Shown here: one piece after another, positions 15,382-26,380 of the stretch
Position numbering within the stretch: the first letter of the stretch is position 1
Layout of the letters: each line of letters opens with the position of its first letter
Assembly: GCA_017504785.1 (NCBI GenBank)
Contig: JAFVQL010000010.1
Coordinates: forward strand, 25,165-89,164
Origin: Clostridia bacterium
Lineage (GTDB): Bacteria > Bacillota > Clostridia > Oscillospirales > CAG-272
Length of the DNA stretch: 64,000 nucleotides
Reading direction: 5' to 3'
Made by a program: the position numbers and the translations under genes
Notes under the pieces: generated by a model
What the model was told of the DNA's origin: nothing
Seen by the model: only the letters and a program-made list of their open reading frames with translations
The model's database searches: none

Positions 15382-15573
15382 TCATTTTTGTAAAGAATTG
15401 TTTTCTTTTTCCGGATCGGAAGGGCAAGCACCATTGCATGCGCCGGGACAACTTTTACCGTACGGGCATCCGATACATTTCGTTCCTTTTTTCTTCTGGC
15501 GCACAAGATAGAATACCGCGCCGCCGATGATAAGAACGGTCAGGGCGATCGGCAAGATCTCAAGAAAGGTCAT
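15382..15573 (-). CDS. FeoB-associated Cys-rich membrane protein
   Basis: 63 aa with an N-terminal TM helix followed by CIGCPYGKSCPGACNGAC. It overlaps the feoB stop by 4 nt. Confidence 0.85.
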   Translation of the reverse strand: MTFLEILPIALTVLIIGGAVFYLVRQKKKGTKCIGCPYGKSCPGACNGACPSDPEKENNSLQK

Positions 15574-17576
15574 ACTACCGCCTCCTTTTTCTTCTCCTTA
15601 AGCGCTATATCCGCGTTCTTGCGTTTGAGCACCAAGACGGTAACGAAAGCGATCATAAGAAGAACGATGCTCCATCCGAGCAAGGGCATCCACGCCGCGG
15701 CGAAGCCGTTGCCCGAAAAAAGCGTTCCGAAGAAATAGACGAAAAACGCCAGCGTATATCCAACGCCGATCTGCATACCGACGCCGGCAAACAGCCATTT
15801 TTTGCTTTTCAGCTCTGCATTCATCGCGCCGATCGCGGCAAAGCAGGGCGGCGAGAAAAGATTGAACATCAAAAATGCAAGGGCGGCAACGCGCGTGATC
15901 CCGAAGGTGGCAGCCACCGTATCGGCACTTCCCGCGTTCATCGCAAGCTCGTCAAGACTGAAAAGATTGGAGATGCCGAAGCACACCGCAAGCGTTGCGA
16001 CTACGTTTTCCTTTGCGATAAAGCCCGTCACGCAGGCGGCGGCAAACTGCCATGCCACGACACCGACGATCGGTGCCACGATATACGCGATCGGCGTTGC
16101 GACCGTGGCAAGGATCGAAGCGCCCGCGTTTTCCTCCGTCACGGTCTCAAGCTGCCAAGTGAAGCTTTGCATCAGATGAACGACGAAATTGCAAAGCAGA
16201 ATGATCGTGCCCGCCTTGACGATATACGACCAGCCGCGCTGCAGCATGGAAACACCCGCCTTGGAAACGCTGGGTGCCTTGTATTCGGGAAGCTCCATGA
16301 TAAAATACGACCTTCCCTTATATCCCGTGACCGCGCGAATAAGAAGCGCGCACAGGAAGATGAGGGCAATACCGATAAAGTACATGAGTGCACCAAGCCA
16401 GGGCGAATCCGTAAAGAACGCACCCGCAAACAGCGAGATGACGGGCAACTTTGCGCCGCAGGGCATAAAGGGAGCGAGCAGGGCCGTGGCACGGCGCTCG
16501 CGCTCGTCACGAATGGTGCGGCTCGCCATCACGCCGGGAACGGCACATCCCGTGCCGACGATGAAGGGGATCACGGATTTACCCGAAAGGCCGACCCTTT
16601 TGAAGATCGGATCGAGCACGATGGTCGCTCTCGCCATATATCCGCAGTCCTCGAGCAGGGCGATCAGAAAATACATCACCATGACAAGCGGCAAAAATCC
16701 GACGATGGCAATAAAGCCGCCGACGATGCCCTCCACGAAAAGCGAGGCGAAAATCCCCTCTCCGAGTGCCTCGGCGAGTGCATTCTTTAAAAGCTCCAGC
16801 CAGCCCGTCATCAGATCCGCAAACCAAACGGTGGGCCCCGACTGGGAGAGGAAGAACACCGCGTACATCACCAGCGCGAAGATCGGAAGACCGAACCACT
16901 GATTCGTCAGCACGTCATCCACCTTATCGCCAAGGTTTCTTTCCCTCGTGTACACCTTGCGCGTTTCCACACTCTTTACGATCGCATCCACGAAGGCATA
17001 CCGCTTTTTATCCTCTTCAAGGAGCGCCGCGGCGTCCTTTTCATCAAAGGAAGCGGGCACGTACGGTGCCGCCTGCTCCTTTCCGATCACGGTCTTTACC
17101 GCCGCGATCAGATGGCGCATTCCCCTTTTCGAGACGGAAACCGTTTCCACCACCGGACAACCGAGCTTCTCGGACAGAAGCGCCGAATCGATGACGGTCT
17201 CGCGCCTTTCGTTGATATCCGTTTTATTGAGAGCTACCACAACGGGAATGCCAAGCTCCAAAAGCTGCGTCGTGAAAAAAAGACTGCGCGAAAGATTGGT
17301 GGCATCCACGATGTTAATGATCGCATCGGGCTTTTCGTTTTTCACATATTCACTCGTCACGCTTTCCTCGGAGGTAAATGCAGACATGGAGTACGCGCCG
17401 GGAAGATCTACGGCGATCATCGCGCCGCCGTCTCCCAAAAAGCTTTTGCGTATCGGGTGCTCTTTTTTATCCACGGTGACGCCCGCCCAGTTGCCGACCT
17501 TTTCGCTTCGGCCCGTCAAGACGTTGAACATCGTGGTTTTTCCGCTGTTCGGATTGCCTGCTAAAGCAATTCTCAT
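15570..17576 (-). CDS. feoB: Ferrous iron transporter FeoB
   Basis: 668 aa. The N-terminal G-domain contains GNPNSGKTT, DLPG and NKTD, and a polytopic membrane domain follows. Confidence 0.96.
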   Translation of the reverse strand: MRIALAGNPNSGKTTMFNVLTGRSEKVGNWAGVTVDKKEHPIRKSFLGDGGAMIAVDLPGAYSMSAFTSEESVTSEYVKNEKPDAIINIVDATNLSRSLFFTTQLLELGIPVVVALNKTDINERRETVIDSALLSEKLGCPVVETVSVSKRGMRHLIAAVKTVIGKEQAAPYVPASFDEKDAAALLEEDKKRYAFVDAIVKSVETRKVYTRERNLGDKVDDVLTNQWFGLPIFALVMYAVFFLSQSGPTVWFADLMTGWLELLKNALAEALGEGIFASLFVEGIVGGFIAIVGFLPLVMVMYFLIALLEDCGYMARATIVLDPIFKRVGLSGKSVIPFIVGTGCAVPGVMASRTIRDERERRATALLAPFMPCGAKLPVISLFAGAFFTDSPWLGALMYFIGIALIFLCALLIRAVTGYKGRSYFIMELPEYKAPSVSKAGVSMLQRGWSYIVKAGTIILLCNFVVHLMQSFTWQLETVTEENAGASILATVATPIAYIVAPIVGVVAWQFAAACVTGFIAKENVVATLAVCFGISNLFSLDELAMNAGSADTVAATFGITRVAALAFLMFNLFSPPCFAAIGAMNAELKSKKWLFAGVGMQIGVGYTLAFFVYFFGTLFSGNGFAAAWMPLLGWSIVLLMIAFVTVLVLKRKNADIALKEKKKEAVV

Positions 17577-17600
17577 AAAGCACCTCCCTTACGTTTTTTT

Positions 17601-17617
17601 GGTTAGCATACGCTAAC
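17601..17617. promoter_or_regulatory. Palindromic operator-like site GGTTAGCATACGCTAAC between feoA and feoB
   Basis: One mismatch from the palindrome at 17891-17908. It sits about 15 nt upstream of the feoB RBS AAGGGAGGTG. Confidence 0.5.
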
Positions 17618-17651
17618 TCTTGTGCGAAAGAAATGCGGGGCGACCCCCGTT

Positions 17652-17867
17652 TCATTTTAAAAAGATGGTTTCGGCAAGACGGCGATCCATGCTGTAACGC
17701 CCGTCCTTGATCGAGGCGACCAGCGTTTTCTTGCGCCTTGTGATCACCGTGATCGGCGCGCCGCTGAAGCAACCGAGAGAAAAAAGAAAGCTCTCCATTT
17801 CCCCGTCACGGCATTCGATACGATCCACGGTATATTCCGTTCCCTCTTCGGCTAACCAAAGATTCAT
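17652..17867 (-). CDS. feoA: Ferrous iron transport protein FeoA
   Basis: 71 aa, an SH3-like FeoA (GTEYTVDRI...GCFSGAPITVI), located upstream of feoB. Confidence 0.9.
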   Translation of the reverse strand: MNLWLAEEGTEYTVDRIECRDGEMESFLFSLGCFSGAPITVITRRKKTLVASIKDGRYSMDRRLAETIFLK

Positions 17868-17890
17868 TGTATATCTCCGTTTTTGGTTTC

Positions 17891-17943
17891 GGTTAGCATA
17901 TGCTAACCATAAAAATTATACATTTTTTGGGCTGTTTTGTCAA
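17891..17943 (-). promoter_or_regulatory. feoA promoter with an overlapping perfect 18-bp palindromic operator
   Basis: Minus strand reads TTGACA (17943..17938), 17-nt spacer, TATAAT (17920..17915). Six nt later comes GGTTAGCATATGCTAACC (17908..17891), which covers the expected TSS. The half-site GGTTAGC resembles DtxR/IdeR-type boxes, but the spacing differs. Confidence 0.6.
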
Positions 17944-18112
17944 GGATTTTTTTCAAAAAAATGGGAGTTTATAATTTTTTGGCGAAATAACGGATTTGCT
18001 TTTTTTGCCATTTATTTTCTTGTGCATTTTCACGAGGTGCTTATTCTTTCGCGCACGCCGCGGCGCACTCGACTGCATATAGGTCTAAAAGAAAGTTTTT
18101 TTTGAATTTTCC

Positions 18113-18141
18113 TTGCAAAACGCAAGGGTTTGTGCTAAACT
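18113..18141 (+). promoter_or_regulatory. Putative promoter of the metF-metH operon
   Basis: TTGCAA (18113-18118), 17-nt spacer, TAAACT (18136-18141). A 10-bp all-GC hairpin follows (CGCACGCGCG-ctc-CGCGCGTGCG, 18165-18187), ending 4 nt before the RBS. Confidence 0.45.
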
Positions 18142-18205
18142 ATCTTCATAAAAGTATTTTTGCGCGCACGCGCGCTCCGCGCGTGCGGAAAGGGGCAATA
18201 CGGAT

Positions 18206-19066
18206 ATGAAGATCACGGACATCATAAGCAGCGAAAGGCCGAGCCTTTCCTTCGAGGTTTTCCCTCCCAAGACGGGGGATAAATTTGAGAGCGTTCTTGC
18301 AGCGGCGAGCGAGATCGCCAAGCTCTCCCCCTCTTATATGAGCGTTACCTACGGTGCGGGGGGCGGCACCTCACAGTATACGGCCGAGATCTGCCGCGCG
18401 CTCGGCGCGCAGGGCGTGACACCCGTGGCGCATCTGACCTGCCTTTCCTCTACGAAGGAAAGGATCGGAGAGGAGCTTTTGGCACTCAAGGCACGCGGCG
18501 TTGAGAACATTTTAGCGTTGCGCGGCGATGCGCCCGAGGGCTTTGATCGCAGTACCGCGCACTACAAGCACGCAAGCGAGCTGGCAGAAGAGATCCGGCG
18601 CTTCGGCGGCTTTTGCATCGGCGGCGCATGCTATCCCGAGGGGCACCCCGAAAGCGAAAATCTCGCCAAAGACATCGAAGGATTGCGCGCCAAGGTGGAG
18701 GCGGGATGCGAATTTTTAACCACGCAGATGTTTTTCGACAACAACATTCTCTATAATTTCCTTTATAGACTTTATCGCGCGGGCGTGCAGGTACCCGTGA
18801 CGGCGGGCATCATGCCCGTGACGAACGCCGCGCAGATCAAGCGCATTATTTCGATCTCGGGAAATGCGCTCCCCCAGAGATTTTTGCGTATCGTGGATCG
18901 CTACGGCGATAAACCCGAGGCCATGAAGCAGGCGGGCATCGCGTTTGCGACCGAGCAGATCGTGGATCTTTACGCCAACGGCATCCATGCGGTGCACGTG
19001 TACTCGATGAACCGCCCCGACGTTGCCGCCGCGATCCATAAAAATCTTTCCGAGATCATCAAGTGA
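18206..19066 (+). CDS. metF: 5,10-methylenetetrahydrofolate reductase
   Basis: 286 aa. The sequence SFEVFPPKT...YMSVTYGAGG...HLTC...ALRGD...GACYPEGH fits the MTHFR family. Confidence 0.93.
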   Translation: MKITDIISSERPSLSFEVFPPKTGDKFESVLAAASEIAKLSPSYMSVTYGAGGGTSQYTAEICRALGAQGVTPVAHLTCLSSTKERIGEELLALKARGVENILALRGDAPEGFDRSTAHYKHASELAEEIRRFGGFCIGGACYPEGHPESENLAKDIEGLRAKVEAGCEFLTTQMFFDNNILYNFLYRLYRAGVQVPVTAGIMPVTNAAQIKRIISISGNALPQRFLRIVDRYGDKPEAMKQAGIAFATEQIVDLYANGIHAVHVYSMNRPDVAAAIHKNLSEIIK

Positions 19067-19674
19067 TGGCGGGCGCACTGTATCTGCCTCTTGTGAAAGA
19101 GGATATGCATCCGACCGAGGCGGAGCTTGCCGCAAGACTGCACGTGCCGCTCGGCTACCGCGATGCGGCGATGGAAGAGACCGAGCGCGCGCTTCTTTGC
19201 GAGATCCGCCCCGCGATGACGGCGGTGCGCGTTAAAATTTCGCGCCCCGAGGGGGGCGGGCTTTTGCTCGGCGATCTACCTGTGTGCAGCAAGGGGCTCG
19301 AAAAAAATCTCGAGGGCTGCGGTGAGGCGTTTTTATTCGCGGTCACGCTGGGGCTTTGCTGCGAGCGGTGGCTTAAAAAGGTGTCCCTGTTGTCCCCCGC
19401 GAAGCATTTTCTTGCCGATGGCCTCGCATCTGCCTATGCGGAAGCGGCGGCAGATCTTGCCGATGCGATCCTATCGAAGGATCTTGACACCGCGCCACGC
19501 TTCAGCCCCGGATACGGCGATCTGCCGCTTTCCATTCAAAAAGATCTCATTAGGGTGACGGAAGCAAATAAATATTTACATATCGAGTTAAAAGACAACC
19601 TTCTTATGGTTCCGCAAAAATCCGTTACCGCAATTTTGGGAATCCGCACCTCTGCCGAAGGGAGAGAAAAATGA
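19063..19674 (+). CDS. Stand-alone methionine synthase activation (reactivation) domain protein
   Basis: 203 aa ending ...RFSPGYGDLPLSIQKDL...LTEANKYLHIELKDNLLMVPQKSVTAILG, typical of the B12-dependent Met synthase activation domain. It overlaps both the metF stop and the metH start by 4 nt. Confidence 0.8.
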   Translation: MMAGALYLPLVKEDMHPTEAELAARLHVPLGYRDAAMEETERALLCEIRPAMTAVRVKISRPEGGGLLLGDLPVCSKGLEKNLEGCGEAFLFAVTLGLCCERWLKKVSLLSPAKHFLADGLASAYAEAAADLADAILSKDLDTAPRFSPGYGDLPLSIQKDLIRVTEANKYLHIELKDNLLMVPQKSVTAILGIRTSAEGREK

Positions 19675-22043
19675 AAAAGAGCCTAAAACAAAGAATCCGC
19701 ACCGAACGCCTGTATTTTGACGGCGGCTTCGGTACGATGGTGCAGAGCCGCGGTCTGCCGCCCGGCACGCCGCCCGAGCTTTGGAATATCGAGCGCCCCG
19801 AGGTGATCGAAGAGATCCACCGCGCGTACGCCGCGGCGGGAAGCCATATCATCACCGCCAATACCTTTGGCGTGAACTGCGAAAAATACGAAAATTACGA
19901 GGCACTGATCCACGCGGCGATTGCGAATGCGCGCCGTGCCGCCGCGCCCTTCGGCGCATACGTTGCGCTCGATATCGGCCCGACGGGAAAGCTTCTCAAG
20001 CCCTACGGCACACTTGACTTTGAGGATGCCGTAGAGATCTTTGCAAGATCCGTGCACGCAGGCTACGCGGCAGGCGCAGATCTCGTTATCATCGAAACGA
20101 TGAACGATTCTCTTGAAACCAAGGCCGCCGTGCTCGCCGCAAAGGAATGCTGCGATCTTCCCTTGATCGTCACCAACGTATACGACGAGAGCGGCAAGCT
20201 GATGACGGGTGCGGATCCGCTCGCCATGGTTGCCCTGCTCGAGGGTCTCGGGGTGGATGCGATCGGTATGAACTGTGCCTTTGGCCCTGACAAGATGGCA
20301 CCGATCCTTCGCGAGCTTTTGAAGCACACCTCTCTGCCCGTTGCCGTTCAGCCCAACGCGGGACTCCCTTTCCTAAAGGACGGAAAGACCTGCTTCCCGC
20401 TCGACGCAGAGGAATTTGCGAAGGAGACCGCAAGGCTTTGCGAAATGGGCGCCATGCTTCTCGGCGGATGCTGCGGTACAACCCCCGAGTGCATCCGTGC
20501 CCTTGCCCTTGCCACGAAGGATATGCCCTACCGCGCGCCAAAGAAGAAAAACGAAACGGTCGTTTCCTCGTACACGCACGGCGTGATCATCGATAAAAAG
20601 CCGATTCTCATCGGCGAGCGCATCAACCCCACGGGCAAAAAGCGCGTGAAGGAGGCTCTGCAGAGTCGCAATCTTTCTTATATTTTAGAAGAAGCCACCG
20701 CCCAGGCAGAGGACGGCGCGCATATCCTCGACGTCAACGTCGGCGTTCCCGGACTCCCCGAAAAGGAGCTTCTCCCCCTCGTTGCCGACGCCGTGGCGCA
20801 GGTGACGGACGCGCCGCTTCAGCTTGACAGCTCCGATCCCGAAGCACTTGCCGCCGCGCTCCGCGCATACAACGGCAAGGCGCTCATCAACTCGGTCTCG
20901 GGCAAGCAGGAAAGTATGGATAAGGTTTTCCCGCTCGTGAAAAAATACGGCGGCGTTCTCGTCGCGCTGACGATGGATGAGGGTGGCATCCCCACCACCG
21001 CCGAAGCGCGCGTTGCGATCGCAAAGCGCATTCTTGCCGAGGGCAAAAAATACGGACTTTCCAAAAAGGACTTCCTTTTCGATCCACTTTGTATGACGGT
21101 CTCCGCCGATAAGGAGAGCGCAAATATCACCTTAAAAGCGGTTGAAATGCTAACAAAGCTTGGCTTAAAGACGGTTCTTGGCGTTTCTAACGTTTCCTTC
21201 GGACTTCCCGAGAGAGAAAGGATCAACGCCGCGTTTTACACCGCCGCCTTGGATCGCGGACTCTGTGCCGCCATTCTCAATCCGCATAGCGCACCGATGC
21301 AAAACGCTTATTATACGCACTGCCTCTTGCACGGGCTTGACGAGGGCGCAGAGGGCTATATAGCCTTCGTTTCCGAGCATTCAACCGCCGTGCCGGCGGT
21401 GGCAACGCCCGCGTGCGGCTCTGCATTAACGCTTAAGGCCGCCATCGAAAAGGGCATGAAGGACGAAGCGGAGCAGCTTGCCAAAACGCTCTTAAAGACC
21501 GAAGCCCCCACCGAGGTGATCAACGGGCACATCGTTCCCGCTCTCTCCGCCGTTGGCGAGCGATTTGAGAAAAAAACGCTCTTCCTCCCCGGCCTTCTGA
21601 TGAGTGCCGAGGCCGCCACACGTGCCTTCGCCGCCGTCAAGGAAGCGATGCCGAAAAAGGAAGCGGCAAAAACGCCACCGATCCTTCTCGCCACCGTGAA
21701 GGGAGATATCCATGACATCGGCAAAAACATCGTCAAGGTCCTGCTCGAAAGCTACGGCTTCCCCGTTCTGGATCTCGGGCGCGACGTTGCTCCCGAAGCA
21801 GTGCTTTCCGAGGCACTCGCAAGCGGCGCACCGCTCGTTGGTCTCTCCGCGCTGATGACCACCACCGTGCCCGCAATGGAAGAAACCATCAAGCTCCTAA
21901 AGAAAAACGCCCCCCACGTGAAGATCATGGTGGGCGGCGCGGTGCTGACTGCGGACTTCGCCGCCCGCATCGGCGCAGACTTCTACTGTGCGGACGGCAT
22001 GGCCGCCGTGCACACGGTAAAGAAGTTTTTCGAAGGCAAATAA
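19671..22043 (+). CDS. metH: Cobalamin-dependent methionine synthase (Hcy-binding, pterin-binding and B12-binding modules; no fused activation domain)
   Basis: 790 aa. It has the S-methyltransferase motif GGCCGTTP, a pterin-binding region, and the B12 motif GDIHDIGKNIV (DxHxxG). Confidence 0.95.
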   Translation: MKKSLKQRIRTERLYFDGGFGTMVQSRGLPPGTPPELWNIERPEVIEEIHRAYAAAGSHIITANTFGVNCEKYENYEALIHAAIANARRAAAPFGAYVALDIGPTGKLLKPYGTLDFEDAVEIFARSVHAGYAAGADLVIIETMNDSLETKAAVLAAKECCDLPLIVTNVYDESGKLMTGADPLAMVALLEGLGVDAIGMNCAFGPDKMAPILRELLKHTSLPVAVQPNAGLPFLKDGKTCFPLDAEEFAKETARLCEMGAMLLGGCCGTTPECIRALALATKDMPYRAPKKKNETVVSSYTHGVIIDKKPILIGERINPTGKKRVKEALQSRNLSYILEEATAQAEDGAHILDVNVGVPGLPEKELLPLVADAVAQVTDAPLQLDSSDPEALAAALRAYNGKALINSVSGKQESMDKVFPLVKKYGGVLVALTMDEGGIPTTAEARVAIAKRILAEGKKYGLSKKDFLFDPLCMTVSADKESANITLKAVEMLTKLGLKTVLGVSNVSFGLPERERINAAFYTAALDRGLCAAILNPHSAPMQNAYYTHCLLHGLDEGAEGYIAFVSEHSTAVPAVATPACGSALTLKAAIEKGMKDEAEQLAKTLLKTEAPTEVINGHIVPALSAVGERFEKKTLFLPGLLMSAEAATRAFAAVKEAMPKKEAAKTPPILLATVKGDIHDIGKNIVKVLLESYGFPVLDLGRDVAPEAVLSEALASGAPLVGLSALMTTTVPAMEETIKLLKKNAPHVKIMVGGAVLTADFAARIGADFYCADGMAAVHTVKKFFEGK

Positions 22044-22050
22044 TTCAAAG

Positions 22051-22092
22051 AAAATGCGCCCCTGCAATTTGCAAGGAGCGCATTTTGTATTT
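22051..22092 (+). terminator. Rho-independent terminator after metH
   Basis: Stem AAAATGCGC(c)CCT / AGG(a)GCGCATTTT followed by GTATTT. Confidence 0.75.
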
Positions 22093-22212
22093 CAGACAAA
22101 AAGCGAAGGCGCGACGAGATTTTGAGTAGAAATGGAAGCGCGCGTCCCGACGGTGTAGAAACCTACTCCGAGAGGACGCGCACGATCATTTATACCAAAA
22201 TATCTAAGCGAC

Positions 22213-23859
<1,647 letters not shown>

Positions 23860-23867
23860 CTAAAATC

Positions 23868-24155
23868 TTACTCTTCGATTACGGCAAGAATATCCGACTG
23901 GCTGACAACCATGTACTCCACACCGTCCAGCTTTACCTCGGTGCCGCTATATTTACCGACGATCACGCGATCGCCTACCGAAAGCGTCATAACCACTTCC
24001 TTGCCATCCACAAGTCCGCCGGGGCCTACTGCCACGACCTCGGACATCTGGGGCTTTTCCTGCGCGGAGCCGGGCAGAAGAATGCCCGCCTTCGTGGTTT
24101 CCTGCGCCTCTACACGCTTTACTACAACCTTATCAAATAAAGGCTTAATTTTCAT
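23868..24155 (-). CDS. groS: Co-chaperonin GroES
   Basis: ORF 23868..24188. I moved the start to ATG 24155 (MKIKPLFDKVVVKRVEAQETTKAGILLP), giving 95 aa. Confidence 0.96.
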   Translation of the reverse strand: MKIKPLFDKVVVKRVEAQETTKAGILLPGSAQEKPQMSEVVAVGPGGLVDGKEVVMTLSVGDRVIVGKYSGTEVKLDGVEYMVVSQSDILAVIEE

Positions 24156-24181
24156 TATCATACCCTCCTGCATTTTTGCTT

Positions 24182-24251
24182 TTAGCACTCAAAACCCAAG
24201 AGTGCTAAACCGTACATTCTATATTTTATACTAATATAGAAGAAAAATCAA
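24182..24251 (-). promoter_or_regulatory. groESL promoter plus a perfect CIRCE (HrcA operator)
   Basis: CIRCE is TTAGCACTC-N9-GAGTGCTAA at 24182-24208, an exact match to the consensus. Upstream on the minus strand are TTGATT (24251..24246), a 17-nt spacer and TAAAAT (24228..24223). Confidence 0.9.
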
Positions 24252-24308
24252 TAGTTTTCCGATAGTTTCACATATTGTTAACATTTCCCACGAAGGAAAA
24301 TCTTTCCC

Positions 24309-25046
24309 TTACACCAAAGCGGCGCGAAGCCTCTCGAGGATCTTTTTTTCCTCGCGCGACACCTTCACCTGCGTGATCCCGAGGATCTCTGCCGTGCGCT
24401 GCTGCGAATAATCCCTGAAGTAGCGAAGAAGGATCAGCCGCCTTTGCTCCTCCGCCAGCTGCTCCATTGCCATTCGCAGAGAGAGCTTATCGAAAAAGCG
24501 CGCTTCCGCCTCCTCATCATAGACGGTGCTTTCAAGCGAAAGCTCCTCCTCGCCGCCGATCGGCTCGGAAAGCGAGCGCACTGCGCCGCACGAGGAAAGT
24601 GCCGCGGCGGCATCGGACGCCGAGATCCCCACGGAGGCGGCAAGCTCCTCGACCGTGGGACGAAGGCCCATGGCAAGCATTTTTTCCCGCTTTGCGGTGA
24701 GAAGCGCACAAAGGCGTTTCTCCTCTCTTGAGACCTTGATCGGACCGTCATCGCGCAGAAAACGGCGGATCTCACCCATGATCAAGGGCACGGCATAGGT
24801 GGAAAACGCGCATTCCCTTGAAAAATCAAAGGTGTTGATCGCTTTGACAAGCCCGATACTGCCGACCTCGACCAGCTCCTCCGCATCGTTATACCGCCCG
24901 CAAAAGCGAGCGACGATACGATAGATCAAGGGGCGGTTCAGCTCCACCAAGCGTTCCCCTGCCGCTCTGTCCCCCTCACGGTAGGCCTTTAGGAGCGCGA
25001 TATTTTTGTCGTACACGCGCTCTTTTTTCTGTACTGTTTCGCTCAT
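24309..25046 (-). CDS. sigF: Sporulation sigma factor SigF
   Basis: ORF 24309..25235. I moved the start to ATG 25046 (MSETVQKKERVYDKNIALL). Sigma-70 region 2 is VEVGSIGLVKAINTFD and region 4 is RTAEILGITQVKVSREEKKILERL. It is the third gene of a spoIIAA-spoIIAB operon. Confidence 0.9.
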   Translation of the reverse strand: MSETVQKKERVYDKNIALLKAYREGDRAAGERLVELNRPLIYRIVARFCGRYNDAEELVEVGSIGLVKAINTFDFSRECAFSTYAVPLIMGEIRRFLRDDGPIKVSREEKRLCALLTAKREKMLAMGLRPTVEELAASVGISASDAAAALSSCGAVRSLSEPIGGEEELSLESTVYDEEAEARFFDKLSLRMAMEQLAEEQRRLILLRYFRDYSQQRTAEILGITQVKVSREEKKILERLRAALV

Positions 25047-25060
25047 GGCTATACCCACGG

Positions 25061-25495
25061 TTACGGGGTTAATTTTTTCCTCATTCGCACAGCAGTGCCG
25101 CGACCGACCTTCGATCGCACGGACAAGGAGTCCATGAAGCTCTGCATCACGAGGAAGCCCATACCGCATCGTTCTTCGCCGTTTCCCGTTGTGTAAAAGG
25201 GCTCCTTTGCTTTCTCGACGTCTTCGATCCCGCATCCCTTATCCGTGATCTCTACCGAGATCTCGCGTCCCGAAAATAGGCGAACCGATATGTATACAAG
25301 CCCCTCACCGCTGCCCCCATAGGCATGAACGATCGCATTCGTGACCGCCTCGCTCACCGCAAGACGGATATCTCCAAGCTCCTCCACCGTTGGATTCAAG
25401 ACCGCAACGAATGCGCTGACGGCACTTCTTGCAACGCTTTCATTCTCGCTTTTCGCGGGAAGCCACAGCTTCATTTCATTTTCTGCTCTTTTCAT
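25061..25495 (-). CDS. spoIIAB: Anti-sigma F factor / serine kinase SpoIIAB
   Basis: 144 aa with HATPase motifs EAVTNAIVHAY, DKGCGI and GMGF. Its start forms an ATGA overlap with the spoIIAA stop. Confidence 0.93.
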   Translation of the reverse strand: MKRAENEMKLWLPAKSENESVARSAVSAFVAVLNPTVEELGDIRLAVSEAVTNAIVHAYGGSGEGLVYISVRLFSGREISVEITDKGCGIEDVEKAKEPFYTTGNGEERCGMGFLVMQSFMDSLSVRSKVGRGTAVRMRKKLTP

Positions 25496-25848
25496 TTTCT
25501 CTTCCTCTCTTCATTGCTTGCGGATGCGCCCGTGCAAACGGTGATATTCTTTCGCCCATCGATCCCGGAGAGGCGCAAAAGCTTCTCTGCCATGGGTGCA
25601 AGCCCCGAAAGCACAACGCAGAAGCCCAGATCCTCCCCCAGCGCCGATCGGCCGAGGATCAACGCAACGCCCGAGCTATCCATGAATCGGACGGACGAAA
25701 AATCCAGCCGCAAGACCCGCGGCCGATACGTAAACACCGCGCGGTCGATCGCCTCGCGCAAGGGCTTGGCCTTGTGGTGATCCACCTCGCAAAGCAGAGA
25801 TGCGTACAGCACGTCCCCTTCATAGGTCAAAGAGAGATTTTCATTCAT
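25492..25848 (-). CDS. spoIIAA: Anti-anti-sigma factor SpoIIAA (STAS domain)
   Basis: ORF 25492..26004. I moved the start to ATG 25848 (MNENLSLTYEG), which has GAAGGA upstream. The phosphorylatable motif is FMDSSGVALILG. Confidence 0.88.
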   Translation of the reverse strand: MNENLSLTYEGDVLYASLLCEVDHHKAKPLREAIDRAVFTYRPRVLRLDFSSVRFMDSSGVALILGRSALGEDLGFCVVLSGLAPMAEKLLRLSGIDGRKNITVCTGASASNEERKRK

Positions 25849-25990
25849 AGCACTATCCTTCATTTTGCGCCGCAACGAAGGCGGCTTCCTTCCTAACAAA
25901 AAATACAAAGCGAAAGCGCGTTTTGCGTTTCTTTCTCCTGTATTATAGCAAAGGTAAAATGAAAAAATTGTCATATGACGGAAAAGAAAA

Positions 25991-26380
25991 TTATTTTTCA
26001 ACATCCTCCTTATTTTTCTTTATCGAAGCCCCGCGTTGGGCTTCCAGAAGATAAAGCCTGCGAAGAATGTTCAGCATCACCTCGCGCTTTTTCACCTTAT
26101 ACGTTTTTTCGCTCACGGTGAAGCGGCTTTTGGCATACCCGCGCTTTGCGCCGATCTCCTCGATGTATCCGAGCGCATCCTCTTCCCCATCGCAAAGCTC
26201 GCGCGCCGCCGTGAAGATCCTGCGATTGAGATACTCATACTCCATACGCACGCGCAAGGGCGCATCCCCCTCTTTGATCGCGCTTTCGCGGCGAAAATAA
26301 TCCGCGCAAAGCGCCGTTGCCAGCCGATCGGCACTTTCGGGTATGCAAGCGCCGTCAAGACTTTCTTCCTTATTATACAT
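25991..26380 (-). CDS. Small protein resembling phage late-gene activators (RinA/ArpU-like, tentative)
   Basis: 129 aa with a strong RBS GGAGGAGG and an 8-nt overlap with the upstream ORF. The N-terminal LCADYFRR and the C-terminal SRFTVSEKTYKVKKREVMLNILRRLYLL resemble, by eye, the ELCDYPNY ... ISDRTAHRIKRKIISRLAEEL pattern of RinA-type regulators. No search was run. Confidence 0.4.
   Translation of the reverse strand: MYNKEESLDGACIPESADRLATALCADYFRRESAIKEGDAPLRVRMEYEYLNRRIFTAARELCDGEEDALGYIEEIGAKRGYAKSRFTVSEKTYKVKKREVMLNILRRLYLLEAQRGASIKKNKEDVEK

Noticed and set aside
18191-18204. 14-mer GGGGCAATACGGAT shared between the 5' end of element copy A (10064-10077) and the metF RBS region
   Set aside because: Several chance 14-mer matches are expected in a 64-kb all-against-all comparison on both strands. 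There is no extended similarity on either side.
17944-18205. Looked for an S-box (SAM) riboswitch or T-box upstream of metF-metH
   Set aside because: None of the conserved S-box or T-box core strings is visible. There is only a promoter and one GC hairpin without a U-tract.
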